From the NCBI GenBank assembly GCA_004022145.1, contig RCNU01000009.1: a stretch of 64,000 nucleotides of DNA. One strand, given 5' to 3'. The DNA comes from Paecilomyces variotii. Its lineage: Eukaryota. Shown here piece by piece: positions 1-13,233 of the stretch. How positions within the stretch are numbered: position 1 is the first letter of the stretch; every line of letters begins with the position of its first letter. The translations under genes and the position numbers were made by a program. Under the pieces are notes generated by a model, which saw only the letters and a list, made by a program, of their open reading frames with translations, searched no databases and was not told the DNA's origin.

Positions 1-3000
1 AGTACTTCATTGAATTAGTATATAGGAAATAAAAGCAGTTCAGAAGAACGATCAGCCTGTCAATGTTGTTTAGTCGTATGGATAATCTACTATGCTGGAA
101 GCCGCCGGCATTAGACCTCGACGCAAATTAACATTGACTCCCGGCCAGGCTTTCTGTACCATATTAAGTGTGGACTATCTAATAGATAATCAACCCACAA
201 GATAGAAATGAATATCCGAGATACAATAATAGAAAGTTGACCAGGGTATCTTCTGAGTATATATGTATATATTATGACTCGAGCTTTCATAGAACCGACT
301 AAGTAATATAGCATCACTAATATCAGGTTGGTAGCCAATCAACAGCTCAGACCAGCCCATTTGAAGCAGCTGCTTATTCCCAATCAATCTGGATACTCCC
401 AGAGGATGCTATCAGTTTTTATCTTGCTCCCCCAAGTAAATCTACTCACGTACACAGCGGACCCTTGATCTGTTTGATCTCAAGTAGAGCTTCGTGCATA
501 GCAATGAGGTATCCATGAAAGTTAGAATAGAGCACACTGCCTCGAAAACTTAACTCGTGGGTGTTAAGCCATATTTCGAGGTATCTAAATATGGTCTCTC
601 TGATCTTTCACTATACGGAGGCAAGTTCAATTGTTGTTAGGCAGCAACCTCATTTCGTTCGTGGCCGAGGCAAAACCTATGATAGAGAACATCTGGAGAG
701 TGCTAGACCCTTCCGTTTCCTGGGGACGACCCGGACGGCCCGGAGATTCTGACTATGTACTTCGTTACCAGTGAAAATTCCACGAAACACCGAGTAGACT
801 GGATAGATGCACATGCATGTGACGACTGCTTACCATAGCGCTGGGTGGTATGATTATGACTCTACCCTCACATATGGTATTATGATGGCTCTGAAAACTT
901 ACGGTCTAACAGACTCTTTTTTTTTTCGTTTCCTGTCCCAGTCTTGGGTCGATGGATGGCTTAGGCGCGTGTATAATCGAATAAAGTCCGGGGTAGATAG
1001 AGATCATACCATATGCAGGAGAATCCGAGTTTTCGGATTTCATGACCCCGGAAGGTTCCGAAGAGGCAAGGTAACTAACATAGGTAGATGGCTATGAGTA
1101 GGTTTTGCTGTCTTTACATGAAACTAAATCATGACGGCACATCGCGGAGCATACAAGGATATTTCCTTGCTGGGATCTTACGGCCGCTCTTGTCGCTTAG
1201 AGGATGGCATTCATAGTACGGCTGATGGTGCACATACTGTGATTCATGTAGGGCACGCACGGGCACGGATAATTCTGGTAACATCTCCTCATTATTGCTC
1301 AGCGGATGTGATTTAAAGCTATTTTGACCTTGAAGGATATTAACTGCCTAAACTCTGCTGGTGGATTGGCCCGTCTGGACGGGACCAATATGCTGCGGGG
1401 TCATGGACAGGGAATCAGGAACCGGTTTCTCTGGTACCGTCACTCCGCGGGAGGTTAACGTCAGATGCTATTACCAGGACGCGTGTCTCAACTGTCAAAC
1501 AGTGGTCACAGAATGACCTTGTCTCGCAGAGAAAAGATCTATGGTAGAGAGATTCCGGCAGATGAATACTGGTAAGGGGGCCTCTGTTCTGGTTCCGAAT
1601 GGCCCGGTAGTTCGGGAAGCTTGAGTTGTTGACAGGTGCTAGATACACTCAAGCATGATGCAAAGTACCTTGCCACAGAGCTGATGTTCCGGTGCAATAA
1701 TGAGTAATAAGACTATATTATTTGATCTTGGAGAACTTTTCCGTCGTTGGTCAAGAACATCTTGCCGCCGCGTAATGTTGACAGTGGCCTCGTGGAGTAT
1801 GTGGCGGAGAAGGCAGCTCTGGGCTCATACACTCGATCGATGATGACGTGCAGAGAGGCCTGCGTCGAAAATAAGAGATCATTCGGTGTTATTTGGGGGA
1901 TTATGCTCGGATCGCGCGATACGGGTGGGAGATAAACGCTACTTGGGCACCATCAGAGGTATTATTATTATGGGATTATCAGTCAGTCAGTTAGTTCAGT
2001 TAGGATCGGATGATGAAGTCATCGACCGTTTGCCATGTTCCACTTTCCGGGCGACTCCAAATCCGCACAGACTCTCCCCAAGACTAGACAGATCCCTTCG
2101 TGAGCTTGTGTGAACTGCGAGGCGTCGTGTGGCTTGACTATCCGGTCACTCTGGTAGGTTGGATTCTTTGTGCAGGAGTAATTAGTAGGAGACATCACCG
2201 AGGCATGCAGGAAGAGGAGGAGCATGCGATCCAACGTAGTTCGAGTCTAGATGATCCCGTCCATGGAATAATAACAGTGTAGTTACAAAAACGAAACTGG
2301 TGACTGTGTGACAGACCATTCAGGTGCTGCTCGAGGCAGTCCGTCGTCTGACTAGTGTATGTATCTATGCGGTGGCCGTGCTGTCCAAGGATTAATTACC
2401 GGTGAGATTGACACAAGCTTATCGTGTAGGTACTTGGGGTTAGTAGTTACCGCTGCTTCTCGACGTGAAGAATCTGCTTGCACCGTGGAGAAATATTTGT
2501 CTCCTACTCCAGTGCTCTTAGGCCAAGGGGACAGCCAAGTAATAATGGTCGTTAGCTGCTAGGACGAGCCTCTTCTTTCTCCCGGAAAGAAAGAAACACT
2601 CCGATCTCCCCGAGCCTAAAAGTCCCTTGAGGATCATCATCCCCGCAACCCAAAGAGAAAGAAAAGCTTCCAGTTCCAGCAGCCTCCGCGACCGGCACGT
2701 CACGGCGCCAACAGTGAAGTGAACAGGTCGATTGTTGCGAGCAGTCGGGTAATCAAGCCTTCTTTTGCCCTTGGATCGACAGAAGTTCAGCAGCAGCCAG
2801 AGCGTAGCCGGCCAAGGCAGGAGGAAATATCTCTAAAAAATCGATTGCCCCGTCAGTTCAAGTCCGATCCGATTTCACTAGACCAGATAGTCCTAGAGTG
2901 CACTCACTATAGTACTCAGGGACTGCGCCAAAGACTTTCTAACGAACTCAGATTGATCGTTTCGAGGATCAGCACCAGGGCCAGACTGTCCGATCTATCT

Positions 3001-3726
3001 CCGCAAACGGCAAGACAAGCAAGAAAAAGTCTGATTGATCGTGCTGGCCCGGATCGCCGGAGAAAGACCCAACTTTACTCAGAAGAAAAGCGACCCGCGT
3101 CATCATACAGTATTTCTTAAGGGAATCCAACGCCGCCATCCGATTCCCGGGCGAAGCGAACTAGTGAAACACCTCCTCATTTCTGCTCTCTGGTGGATTG
3201 TATAGTTAACTAGTGATTCTTATTATTATTATCTCTCTTCTTATTTATCCATCTGGTGATTTTTTACATCCTCTCACCTCATCTGCCTTGGCCCCCCTTT
3301 CGTTTTGGCCCCGATATAATACGCATTTAAGCTACAATAGTGTAGGATCCTACCCTCCCGGCGCTTATCCGTGGAATGAAGGATCCGGCCTGATCTATCG
3401 CGCATCGGATACGGCAGCACATCTCACCTCACCTCCTTGCATTGCCTCCTCGATAGACAGCGGAAGGCGTTCATCCCCGACTACACACCCCCCTCGCTGG
3501 GCAAAAAGCGTAAGTTCTTTTTATTTGATTCCTCTTGCTGTTTGTTCGCGGTCCTCGATTCCCGGCGACATCAGACAAGTCATCCGGGCCTTCCATAGTT
3601 GCGCGTTCCCTGGGTATCCGTCGTCGTGCCCGTACAGTCGGAAGCACTCGTTCTTCGACGTCAACGGTGCTCTGGATCGTACCCTTGGTTCCTCGCTTCC
3701 GCGCCAGGCCTTTTTTTCCCCCTAAT

Positions 3727-6344
3727 ATGTTTTCATTTGCCTCTTGTTTCAGAGATGGAGACTCACCATCGCCTCTACCGCAGGATTCGCTTCGATCCGG
3801 CAGCACCCTTGAACATATCGTTCAATTTCTGACCCCCTCAACCGACTCCCTCCAGCAAAACCCGTCCTTCTTTCGCTCTGGACGAACACGCCGTCGTCCG
3901 GTGTGTGTCACCCGTATACGCGCAAAGCTGGCTTCCGATCAGTTGCCCAAGGCAACTCGTCGAGATCTCCGAGTATTCAGAAAACTGGCGGGCCCACGGG
4001 AGAACGCGAAGAGATTCCTCCGCCTGGGGACCTCTTCGAACCCTTCTGCAACAAGTATCCCGATTGCCAGGACGACCCGCCGCCGCCCGGTTTCGGAGAT
4101 CATCCTTCCTCCGAGAGATGAGCCAATGATACCCTCTACGGAATCTGCGGCCGGTAGGCTACGGTCCAATTCTACGTCGACTGCATCTGGAGTCGCGGCG
4201 CAGAGCGCGACACTGCTCGAACGTTCAGGTAGCTCTGCATCTGATGTTGGCGCTTCCTTCCCCGTCCTGCGGAGAGAGAAGATCGTCGCAACAGGCAATG
4301 GGATCTCCGTGGGGGTCGCTTTAGCGGAACCTGTTCTCTTCTTGCCAGGATATGACCATAACGACCCGAGCACGAAGAAATCGGCTATTCTGAGGGGACA
4401 TCTTCACATCAAAACCACCAAGTCTGTGAAGGTGAAGAAGATCTCTGTCTGTTTCCGGGGTCATGCCCAGACGGACTGGCCAGATGGTATGTCAATCTAT
4501 TCTATAGACTCTTTTATGCAGTAGATAATGCGCTAACGCACGACTAACAGGGATTCCGCCGAAAAAGGTGCATTTCCATGATAAGAAGGATTTGGTGACT
4601 CATGGTCTTGTATATTTCAACCATGGAGATACCGCGATTATGCATAATGACTATGGAGCTCACTATTACAAACTGGCCAAAGTCGCCCCCTCCGTCACGT
4701 CAAAAGAGGTCACCACTACGACTCGAGAACTCTTTCTCAAAAGCGTGTCATCGACGTCAGTCAACAGCCATACCACTCCCAAGGAAGCCAAGCGTTTATC
4801 GCTGCAGTCGAACCAATCTCGCAGTTTTGGAAAGAATGATCATCCACATAGTGTAGCAGCTCAGCCCCAACGCAACTACAGGCTTTTCCCGCCTGGTGAT
4901 TATATCTACAACTTTGAGTTCCCGATTGATGGCTCTCTTCCGGAGACCATCAAGAGTGAACTGGGATTTGTCCGATATGACTTGGAAGCCATTGTCGAAC
5001 GATCAGGTGCATTCCGGCCCAATCTTCTGGGCACCATTGAGATTCCCGTCATCCGCACCCCCGCGGAAGGATCCCTCGAACAGGTCGAGCCCATTGCTAT
5101 CTCCCGGAATTGGGAAGATCAGCTCCACTATGATATCGTGATTTCGGGCAAATCTTTCCCTCTCGGATCACAAGTGCCCATCGCATTCAAGTTGACACCA
5201 TTGGCTAAGGTCGAATGCCACCGGATTAAGGTCTACGTCACTGAGAATATTCAACATTGGACTTCAGACAAGAGTGTGCATCGCTTCCAGCCCGCCAAGA
5301 AAGTGCTTCTGTTTGAGAAGAGAGCGGATTCCGCCAGTGTTAGCACGTACCCGGGCAGTAATATGCGTGTCACTGCTGGTGGTGGCATCGACTGGGACCA
5401 TCGGGAAGCCGCTGCGCGTGGTGAAGAATTCATTGATCGGAATCGCACGAGCCTGTTGGGGGATCTAGCAAACGATACAGGTGTTGGACCAACGGAGATG
5501 GAGTTTAACGTGCAGCTCCCCAGCTGTCACCAAATGAAGAGTCGGGATGAATCTCAGCGGTTGCATTTCGACACCACGTACGAGAATATCCAGATCAATC
5601 ACTGGATCAAGGTACGTCGATGATTCTCAGCTATTGTCCTTTCTGTCTGCTTACTGATAACCTTTGCAGATCGTGATGCGCCTCTCCAAAGTCGATGAGA
5701 AGGATCCCACCAAACGGCGGCATTTCGAGATCTCCATAGACTCCCCTTTCCACATCCTCTCCTGTAAAGCCACGCAGGCCAACATATACCTTCCCGCGTA
5801 TTCATCGCCTTCTTCAGATCCATCCATTCCGATTGAAGAATTTGAATGTGGATGTCCTGGAGCCCCCCTCATCAAGAAGGGCAACTCATCTGTTGCACTG
5901 TCAGGTTTTGATCGCAATGATAGTGGTTCGGGTTCCGACTCCGTCAATGGACGAGGGAACGGCCTCCCGCGAAGCTTCACCTCCAGCTCGGGCGGCCTGG
6001 CTCGTCCTCAGCAAGCACACCTGGCCCATGAACCCAGCGAGCGCGATGCGCGCCCCATGCATCTCCTGCGAGCGCCATCGTTTGCGCCTCCAGCCTTCGA
6101 GGATCTGCCTCCGCCGCCGCCTCTTGTGACACCACCTCCGGAATATACCTCGATCGTTGGGGACAATGACCGCGAAGCCGTCCTCGAAGATTATTTCCAC
6201 CGGCTGTCCTTTTACGAGGAGCATGAAGATGACGACCGCGGAAGAGGGAGAGTCGATGTGCCACTTACCCCAGGAGGACGCGTGAACCGCAGCATGGACG
6301 TTCCGCGCGAGTGGATTCGGCTGGGCGACACGATTGTGCAGTGA
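3727..6344 (+). CDS. Alpha-arrestin (ART, Aly1/Aly2-like) HECT ubiquitin-ligase adaptor
   Basis: Exons 3727-4486, 4551-5611, 5670-6344. Introns GTATGT..CTAACAG and GTACGT..TTGCAG join three ORFs in frame. Arrestin motifs (LAEPVLFL, FEFPIDGSLPETI, WEDQLHYDIVISGKSF, KRRHFEISIDSPFHILSC) and a C-terminal PPEY (PPxY). Alternative ATG at 4126. Confidence 0.9.
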
Positions 6345-7560
6345 GCAGAGCACGATATAATACGAACGTTACGGCTATATGTTTTTTGGATTTACGAGAT
6401 TATGATATACTTTAATATCGGGTTTCTGAGAAGACCATTATAGACTGGCGCCAGTGGTTTTATTCTCGGGTTGATCATGGGCTCCGAAAATTGGTTCCAG
6501 GCGTGTTAAGGCTCATGTCGGGTATTGTGCTGTGCTTTTGCATGTCCAAAAGGGACCAGTTTCGGTCCCTATCAGGGTCTTGGGTGGCGTTGGCGCCGGA
6601 GAAACAAGCGGAGATGAAAGGAAAAGGAAAAGAGGAAACAAGGCTGCATGATTCCCCATTTGTTGTGGCTCTGTAGAGCGCACTTCCCATGTTGCATGAT
6701 GTATGTACATACATAGAGCATGTCCATTATGGTACATCCGCACTAGATAGATACCTGTCTAGGTAGATAGACCGCCTATTCTATTTATTCATTTTCTATT
6801 GTCAGTGCAGCATCGATCCTCTCTGTCTATAGAGTCTGTGCCACACAAACATCTGATCCATAATACGACCCTGACCCGTCCATGGATGCCGCTGACTCGC
6901 AGAGATAAGACTCCCGCCTGGAACTGCCCAGGACGGCTAGCAGCGGCGCTGACTCTCCACCACTCGGCGGGGTCTCTCTCCCATCTTCATCATCGTGGGA
7001 GATCCCCGGCAGCAGCGACAGAGGGGATATAAACGAGACATGGCTCGCTGTCTCTCAATAATAATGTCTGCATCTGCATCATCCCACGGCCTCAAACCCC
7101 GCCTTCTGCGTCGAGTTGTCCCACCCGACGACGTATCGCCTCACTTATCTCTTGGCTGACAGTCACGCAGATCCCGGTGCTGTAATCTGCAGATGTTGGT
7201 GATCTCAGAAGGATTGTCGTCCAATACTATATAACGAGTGGGAGATTGTCTCTCTTCCTTGAGCAAACACTCGCTGTTCGCGCGCTACAAAAAGACGCCT
7301 TACGGCCTGCCGCTGAAATAGATGCTATACTGTTGGAATAGAATCAGACAAGAGAAAACGCGTGCTTCATTGAACCTCTCTCTCCACTCGAATCTTCCGA
7401 TCGATAGGTGTCATCTATTACAGGCTTCTAGATCCCTTATTATTTCCGATTTCGTCGCCGTTTCTGAGCCTCTTTGCTCGGAGACTAGACATCGCCTTCC
7501 GGCCATCCCATCTCGTTCCATCCCATCGTCGAGTGGCTCTCCGAGGCCAACAGATTCATA

Positions 7561-8582
7561 ATGGCCATTGAGATCGTTCCTCTCACCGAGGAAGATATTC
7601 CTGGCACCATAGAATGTATTCAGCAGGCATTTGCTGACGACCCATACTTCAATTGGGTATTCGATTCTTCCAAGGTATGTATAGGCAGTCCATCAGGGAC
7701 GCCAGTGGTACTGATGCGAACTGACCTCTCTCTCTGGGGTGTTACCAACTATCGTTCCGAGTTTAACCATTCATTGAAAGGGGGTTAAATGGGTTAAATC
7801 CAAGGCCAGGCCCTTTTCAAGACAAGCAAGCTAACATCTACGCTCCTATCGTGGCGCGGTCGTTCATGTCGACCTGCGATCTCTATGATTTGAGTATGTG
7901 CTGAATATAGTTCAATAAGAAAAGAAATATCGGCTCCCTGAAGGCCCGCTGTCTTTGGGGAATCAACAATGCTCTGTTCTATGTCGCAAAAGAGACGCCA
8001 GATCAGAAAGACAAGGCTGTCGCTCCCTCCTCGCGTGTTCTGGGAGTTTCTTGCTGGATGCCTCCACAGGCTACGGATGTTCCTGAAAGCTGGTACTCTT
8101 GGATCCAGTCGTGGATCCTGTCATTCCGCCAGTTAGTCAACAACGTGCGCTTCCTAGGCCGTGGCGGCCTAAACACCCGCCGCTATTGGATCTGGAAGGC
8201 GGTTCAGGAAGAGGCTCAAAAGGAGATATGGACGGATCCCAAAGGTTACTATTTCTGTAACATCGTGGCCGTCAGCCCTGAGGCACAGGGGAAGGGAATC
8301 GGAAGGAAACTGTTCGAAGTGGTCACCACACAAGCAGATGAGAAAGGTATGAAGTGCTATCTCGAAAGCTCAAAGGGTCACCCGAATGTGGAGATCTACA
8401 AGAAGATGGGATTTGAGATGGTTAGAGAAATGGATTGCAGGGATGGAGAAGACGTGTGTAAGGCAAGTACCGCTCTTCGCCAAGCTGTCTCACCCGTAGC
8501 TTCAAGATGCTTCTCGATACTGGTTGTCTAACTCTGATGGCAGTTATATTGCATGATACGGGAACCCAAACACAAACCTTGA
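7561..8582 (+). CDS. GNAT-family N-acetyltransferase
   Basis: Exons 7561-7674, 7911-8462, 8544-8582. Acetyl-CoA motif AVSPEAQGKGIGRKL, plus YLESS..NVEIYKKMGF and C-terminus CKLYCMIREP. The second intron is modelled with a GC donor. Confidence 0.85.
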
Positions 8583-10228
8583 GTTATCCCTTTTTTTTTT
8601 GGCCGCGGTTGTTCTATATTCAAATTTGGAAGCACAGACAACCAAGCATTGGGAAGTATGCTGGAGCCAGTTAAGTTGGATAACTATTTGGCATAATGTT
8701 AATGATGTCAAATTTATTTCCGTCTGACGACCTATTTTAGATGACAATGTTTTCAATGGATTTCTTTACGATTTTGATCTCTCTAACTACTTCAATCTGC
8801 TGTTCCTCGAGCGGTTCGGGAGACTACAACGCGGGCAGTAACAACAATTGGAAGTGAGAAATACCACGGTAGCGATAGTTATTATTGGGTCGTTTTTGTG
8901 GCATATTCCGGATATTAAAGCCGAAAGTAGCAAATTGCTGTGGCCTCCGTGTCGTAAACAATATCTTATTGTTGACTATGCTTCTCTGTTTGGGCCATTG
9001 ATGGTCGTCCCCGCCGCGATCTAAAACAATGGTCCGACCAGAACGCCTCCTTGGCCCCGTAAAGTGTCCAACATAACTAACTCAAGTCGATTGAGTTATC
9101 CGTCTGCAACGGCCCCCGAGAAGGATATGTGACCTGATGCTCGCTGCAACATCGATGAACCATCGAATTCGGCCGAGCATGCTGAATAGCGAAGACGCGC
9201 CTAGCCCCCGAAGTCTCGAACGCAGCCCATGAATCTCGTGGCTGAAGATTCATAGAAGGAGAAACTAATAGCTGCGCCGCTTTTGCACTATTCGATTCTG
9301 GTACACCAGATGCAAGAGATGAACAGGCGCGGAGGAGGACCAAGCACTCTATCAGAGGAAAGGTGATGAAAACCCGTCCATCTCGGCAGATCATGCTCCG
9401 TGCTCTCTGGGCTGAATATTGCTAGCCCATTTTCCTGTCCAAAAGGGATGAAGTGGGCGGTTCCGCAGTCGATTCAATACTCTATATGGATATAGTGTCG
9501 GCTCTGTTATCCAGAAGATCTCCCGCAATCTGATGCTCTCCGCCATCACGATCACTGCATGTCCATGTATGGATGCAGATCTTCTATACGATAGTACCTC
9601 TCTGCAGATAAGGTTCTTCATCTTTGCGAGACTCTGTCTACTTTCTGTGTAGGACAGTCTCTTCAATGTCTGAACTGGTCTGTACCTGACCTTTGGCCAA
9701 TTCTCCTGTCGCGTTCACTTTCCTCGCTCCGATTCCAGAAATTGCTCAAAATGGCAGGCAAGCTAAAATAACCCGCTAGCAGGGTCAATCACAACTTGCG
9801 CATATGCCAGCAATTTTGGTTTATGCTCTTGGGGATGCGGAGCCTCTAGGGAGGTACCTGAGACCCAGTCCTTTTCACTCATTGTTTGAGCACGAGACCT
9901 GGTCTTGGCAGCGTAACGTGTCTTTGGATAATTGACCTGCCTCTAATTCGTCTTTTTCTTTTTTGTCTTTCTTCTTGCGCGGCCTTCGGGTTGGGTTGTT
10001 CTCTTTTGATTTTATTTCTTTTTTAACTTGACAGCTGGTCTGTTCTATTTCATGGGTGTCTAAATTGTCTTTTTCTTTTTTTTTTTGTATTTCTCGTTTT
10101 GACTGTTATACCTGGGCTAGGAAAGCTGGACTGCTGATGCCCTGGGTACTTCTAATATTCATTTCTTGACTTTCGTTCAGCTTGGGCTCTATCGATTGGG
10201 CGTTTACCTGGGGGCATAGTTTTACATA

Positions 10229-11891
10229 ATGAATGAGAGGCGTGTAACGAGGCGCGCTAGAGGAGATGTGTATACTCGCGACAATAAGGGACTTGAGCGA
10301 CGACGGGTACCACAAGCAGGCTTGAATCGCCCAGCTTCAGGAATAGAGGATGAACTCGACGGACGCAGCGACGAGGAAAATGAGAGCTTCTTCGCATACT
10401 TGAAGTCAAGGAAGAGTATGCGCACGAAGTCTTCACCTCGAGACATCGCACGAGACAACCGTCGAGCCTTGGTCCAGAGACATACGCCTTCCTCTATTGC
10501 GCTGCCCACGGGGAGTCCTGGAACAGCAGGCGAGGATGAGGCGGTAGAAGACATGGAAGATGTCACAGCATCAGATAGCCAGAGCGCATCGTCAAGTGAT
10601 GAGGAAGCGGACGAAGAGCAGCAGAACTCGCCTGGTTCCCCAGGCTCGGCTGGGGTTCCTCAGATCACAGCATCGCCTCCTGGGGCTCCTACCGTTCCAA
10701 CAGCGGGCAGTATCCGTCCAATGCCCCATGGCTTTCCCAGAGGGCTGCAGAGCACACCTGAGAAGGTAGGACTGGTGGTAGGCCTGACAGGTTAGTCCTC
10801 CTCGCGCATGGGATTTGTGTCAACTTCTAACCAGTTTCTTAGTTGGATGCGCCGTAATCGTCTTTATAGTCGTGTTCTTTGTTATTCGACGCAAACGCAG
10901 TTCCAACTATCTGCGGTCACGTTTGAATGGACAACGCTCGCAGCACCGTCCCACGCCCTCAGGACCGATAATGAGTGAAAAGTCATGGCCTGAGAGCAAT
11001 CAAGCGGGCTGGGATGTTCCCAACGAGCTGAAGATGGCCCGAGACCAAGCTATGAATAAGTCCTCCGTCGGATCCGACTTGGAATCGAATCGCTCTAATA
11101 ATCGACCGCCATCCCTCAGAAGCCGGCTTCTGCGTGGACCGCTCACTTCGAATCCGTTGAGCCCGATGAGTCCTAAGTTCTTCCTCAGACGAAGTTCAGC
11201 AGCAAGGTCGAGTAACGGATCCGATAATCTGACTGCGAGAACTCCGCGCAGTCCAGCTACCGCTGCCCTTGCAAATCGGAGCCACTTGTCACTCGGTACC
11301 GAGTCAGACACCAATTCGCGTGACTCCAAAGTGGACTATGAAATAAGTCCTTTCGAAAAGGAACTTTCCATCGAACCTCTTTCCCCGCCTCCCAAGGTTC
11401 GCAAGCCGGGCGTCTCATACTTCTCCTGGAGCACGGCACCAACAACTCCAGGAACAGGCGTCCGGGACACATTGACGACACAGGACGGCGAACCGCCGCG
11501 TTTCCGTACTATAAACAGCTGGGTTAACCATCAATCCCGACGACAAACCGAGATCGGAGACAAGCATCCCTCAACCTCATACGCGCCACCACCTATCCCA
11601 GAAAGCAACTCAGTTAACCGCTACCCACCATATCCCCCTACTCCTCCGATCGCCCACAGAGAGCCAGACACTCCCACGACCCCAAGAACACCGCGCACGC
11701 CCGGCACTCCGGCCAGGATCCAGCGTTCTACCCTCCAGTCGTTCATGAGTAGGCACAACCGCACAATGTCCTCGACTACCACTTCCACACTCCCCATCTT
11801 CAGACAACATCCCGGAGAGGAAGTTCCAATTCCCCGTCCCCAGAGAATTCGCAGCTCGAGCTTGAGAAACGTCACTCCGTGGCTTTCTTGA
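10229..11891 (+). CDS. Hypothetical single-pass membrane protein with S/T/P-rich cytoplasmic tail
   Basis: Exons 10229-10790 and 10843-11891 (GTTAGT..CTAAC..TTAG). Splicing creates the hydrophobic run VGLVVGLTVGCAVIVFIVVFFVI followed by RRKR. Confidence 0.75.
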
Positions 11892-12496
11892 TTTGATAGA
11901 ATCTTTTTACGAAGCGCGTTATTCCGATAATAGCCAGGAGCTATTTACCATTGCCTCTGTGGATACGGGAAGAAAAGAGGATAAGGATCAAGGTGGTGGA
12001 GGTAGTTTTATGTGTAAAATTATACTTATAATAATGTCAACTTTTCCATTTTGGCGTTTATTTCCACTGTAGTGATAGCGATACGAAGCATAACCGTCCG
12101 CATATGGTATGACAATGGCCCAGTCAGTAGTTAAGGGCCATACATGTTCACAAGCTAGATTAATATCGAACAACCAACTTACCCACAAGTAATTAACGAG
12201 TTGATAATTATTTAATTATTGTACGAGCCACTCGTCTTCTATCTACATCATCCCCAACTATGGTACGAGCGTACCATACCAATCACTCTGTGGACCAATA
12301 CGAGCTTATTTATTATTCCCCGCAAAACAAGACTAGAGTATAGATAGTAGAAACTGTAACTGGAATAATCATTATTATTATTATTATGCTGCGGGTCCTT
12401 TTCGTGGCGCATTGTTCAACTTCCTATTTCGATTCGGTGGGGAGACGCTCTAGATCCGGAGAATCAGATACATGGTTACATACTTAACCCCCGGAT

Positions 12497-12497
<1 letters not shown>

Positions 12498-12530
<33 letters not shown>
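12498..12530 (+). repeat. Poly(A) tract, 33 nt
   Basis: Direct read of the homopolymer. Confidence 0.95.
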
Positions 12531-12533
<3 letters not shown>

Positions 12534-12652
12534 GAGATATGTTTTTAGTTTTCTAGAGAGAAAAAGTTGGGATCGTACAACAATTCAATATTTAGATCAG
12601 ACAAGACCTGTAGATAATACCAAGTAGTAGTACCAGTAATTCCTCCACGTTG

Positions 12653-12731
12653 GGGCTCGTGGGGCGGTTCTCCCGGGCCGAACCGCACGGCTCCCCCGTT
12701 TCGGTCAGAAAAAGCCGGGACGAACGAGCCC
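12653..12731. other. GC-rich nested inverted-repeat element (potential three-way junction)
   Basis: Stems GGGCTCGT/ACGAGCCC (12653-60/12724-31), GCGGTTC/GAACCGC (12664-70/12680-86) and CGGCT/AGCCG (12688-92/12713-17). Confidence 0.5.
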
Positions 12732-13233
12732 ACCGGCTCAGGATACTACGATTACTTGCCGAGCTTGCAAGCTAGATATATAATAATAACTTAAAAGCAG
12801 TTGTCTGTCTTCAAAATTCACAGGAAGCGGTGAGAAGCTTGCTTGATTGACGGGATGAACTTACTGGACTTGGTACTGGTCGGGACATCCAAGCGCAGAG
12901 GAACTCTAGTTCGGAGCATCCGTGCGTGCTCTGGAGTTAACATTGTGACAGCTAGATAGGCCGACTCGTCGAGTGACGATAAGGGCCCATAAGACTTAAG
13001 TACTCCGTACCAAATGCGGAGTAGATTAGCTCTGTTGGCTGTTGTTAGTTTCCCCAGGGCGGCCCACAGAGAGGACATGGGCAAATGTCAAGGTGTAACG
13101 GGAGCTCCACGAAAGAAAAACGGGCGTACCGGTGATATTATTGAGCTCTCTTGTCTTAGGTTCAGGATATACCTAGCAGAATCCATCAGATTGTTGACAT
13201 CATTCATTGTCTGCCATCATTGAATCGACGATC

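Noticed and set aside
1365..1389. Near-perfect palindrome ATTGGCCCGTC-TG-GACGGGACCAAT
   Set aside because: Single, short, no second copy or context; compatible with chance.
7675..7910. Stwintron, TPP riboswitch or H/ACA snoRNA in the GNAT intron
   Set aside because: The reconstituted external intron would be only about 17 nt, no TPP aptamer core is present, and no ANANNA H box precedes the stem.
12479..12490. ATACTTAACC resembling the U1 snRNA 5' end
   Set aside because: It does not match ATACTTACCTG, and no U1 stem-loops or Sm site follow.
12498..12530. Poly(A) as a retroposon tail
   Set aside because: No target-site duplication or recognisable SINE/LINE body upstream.
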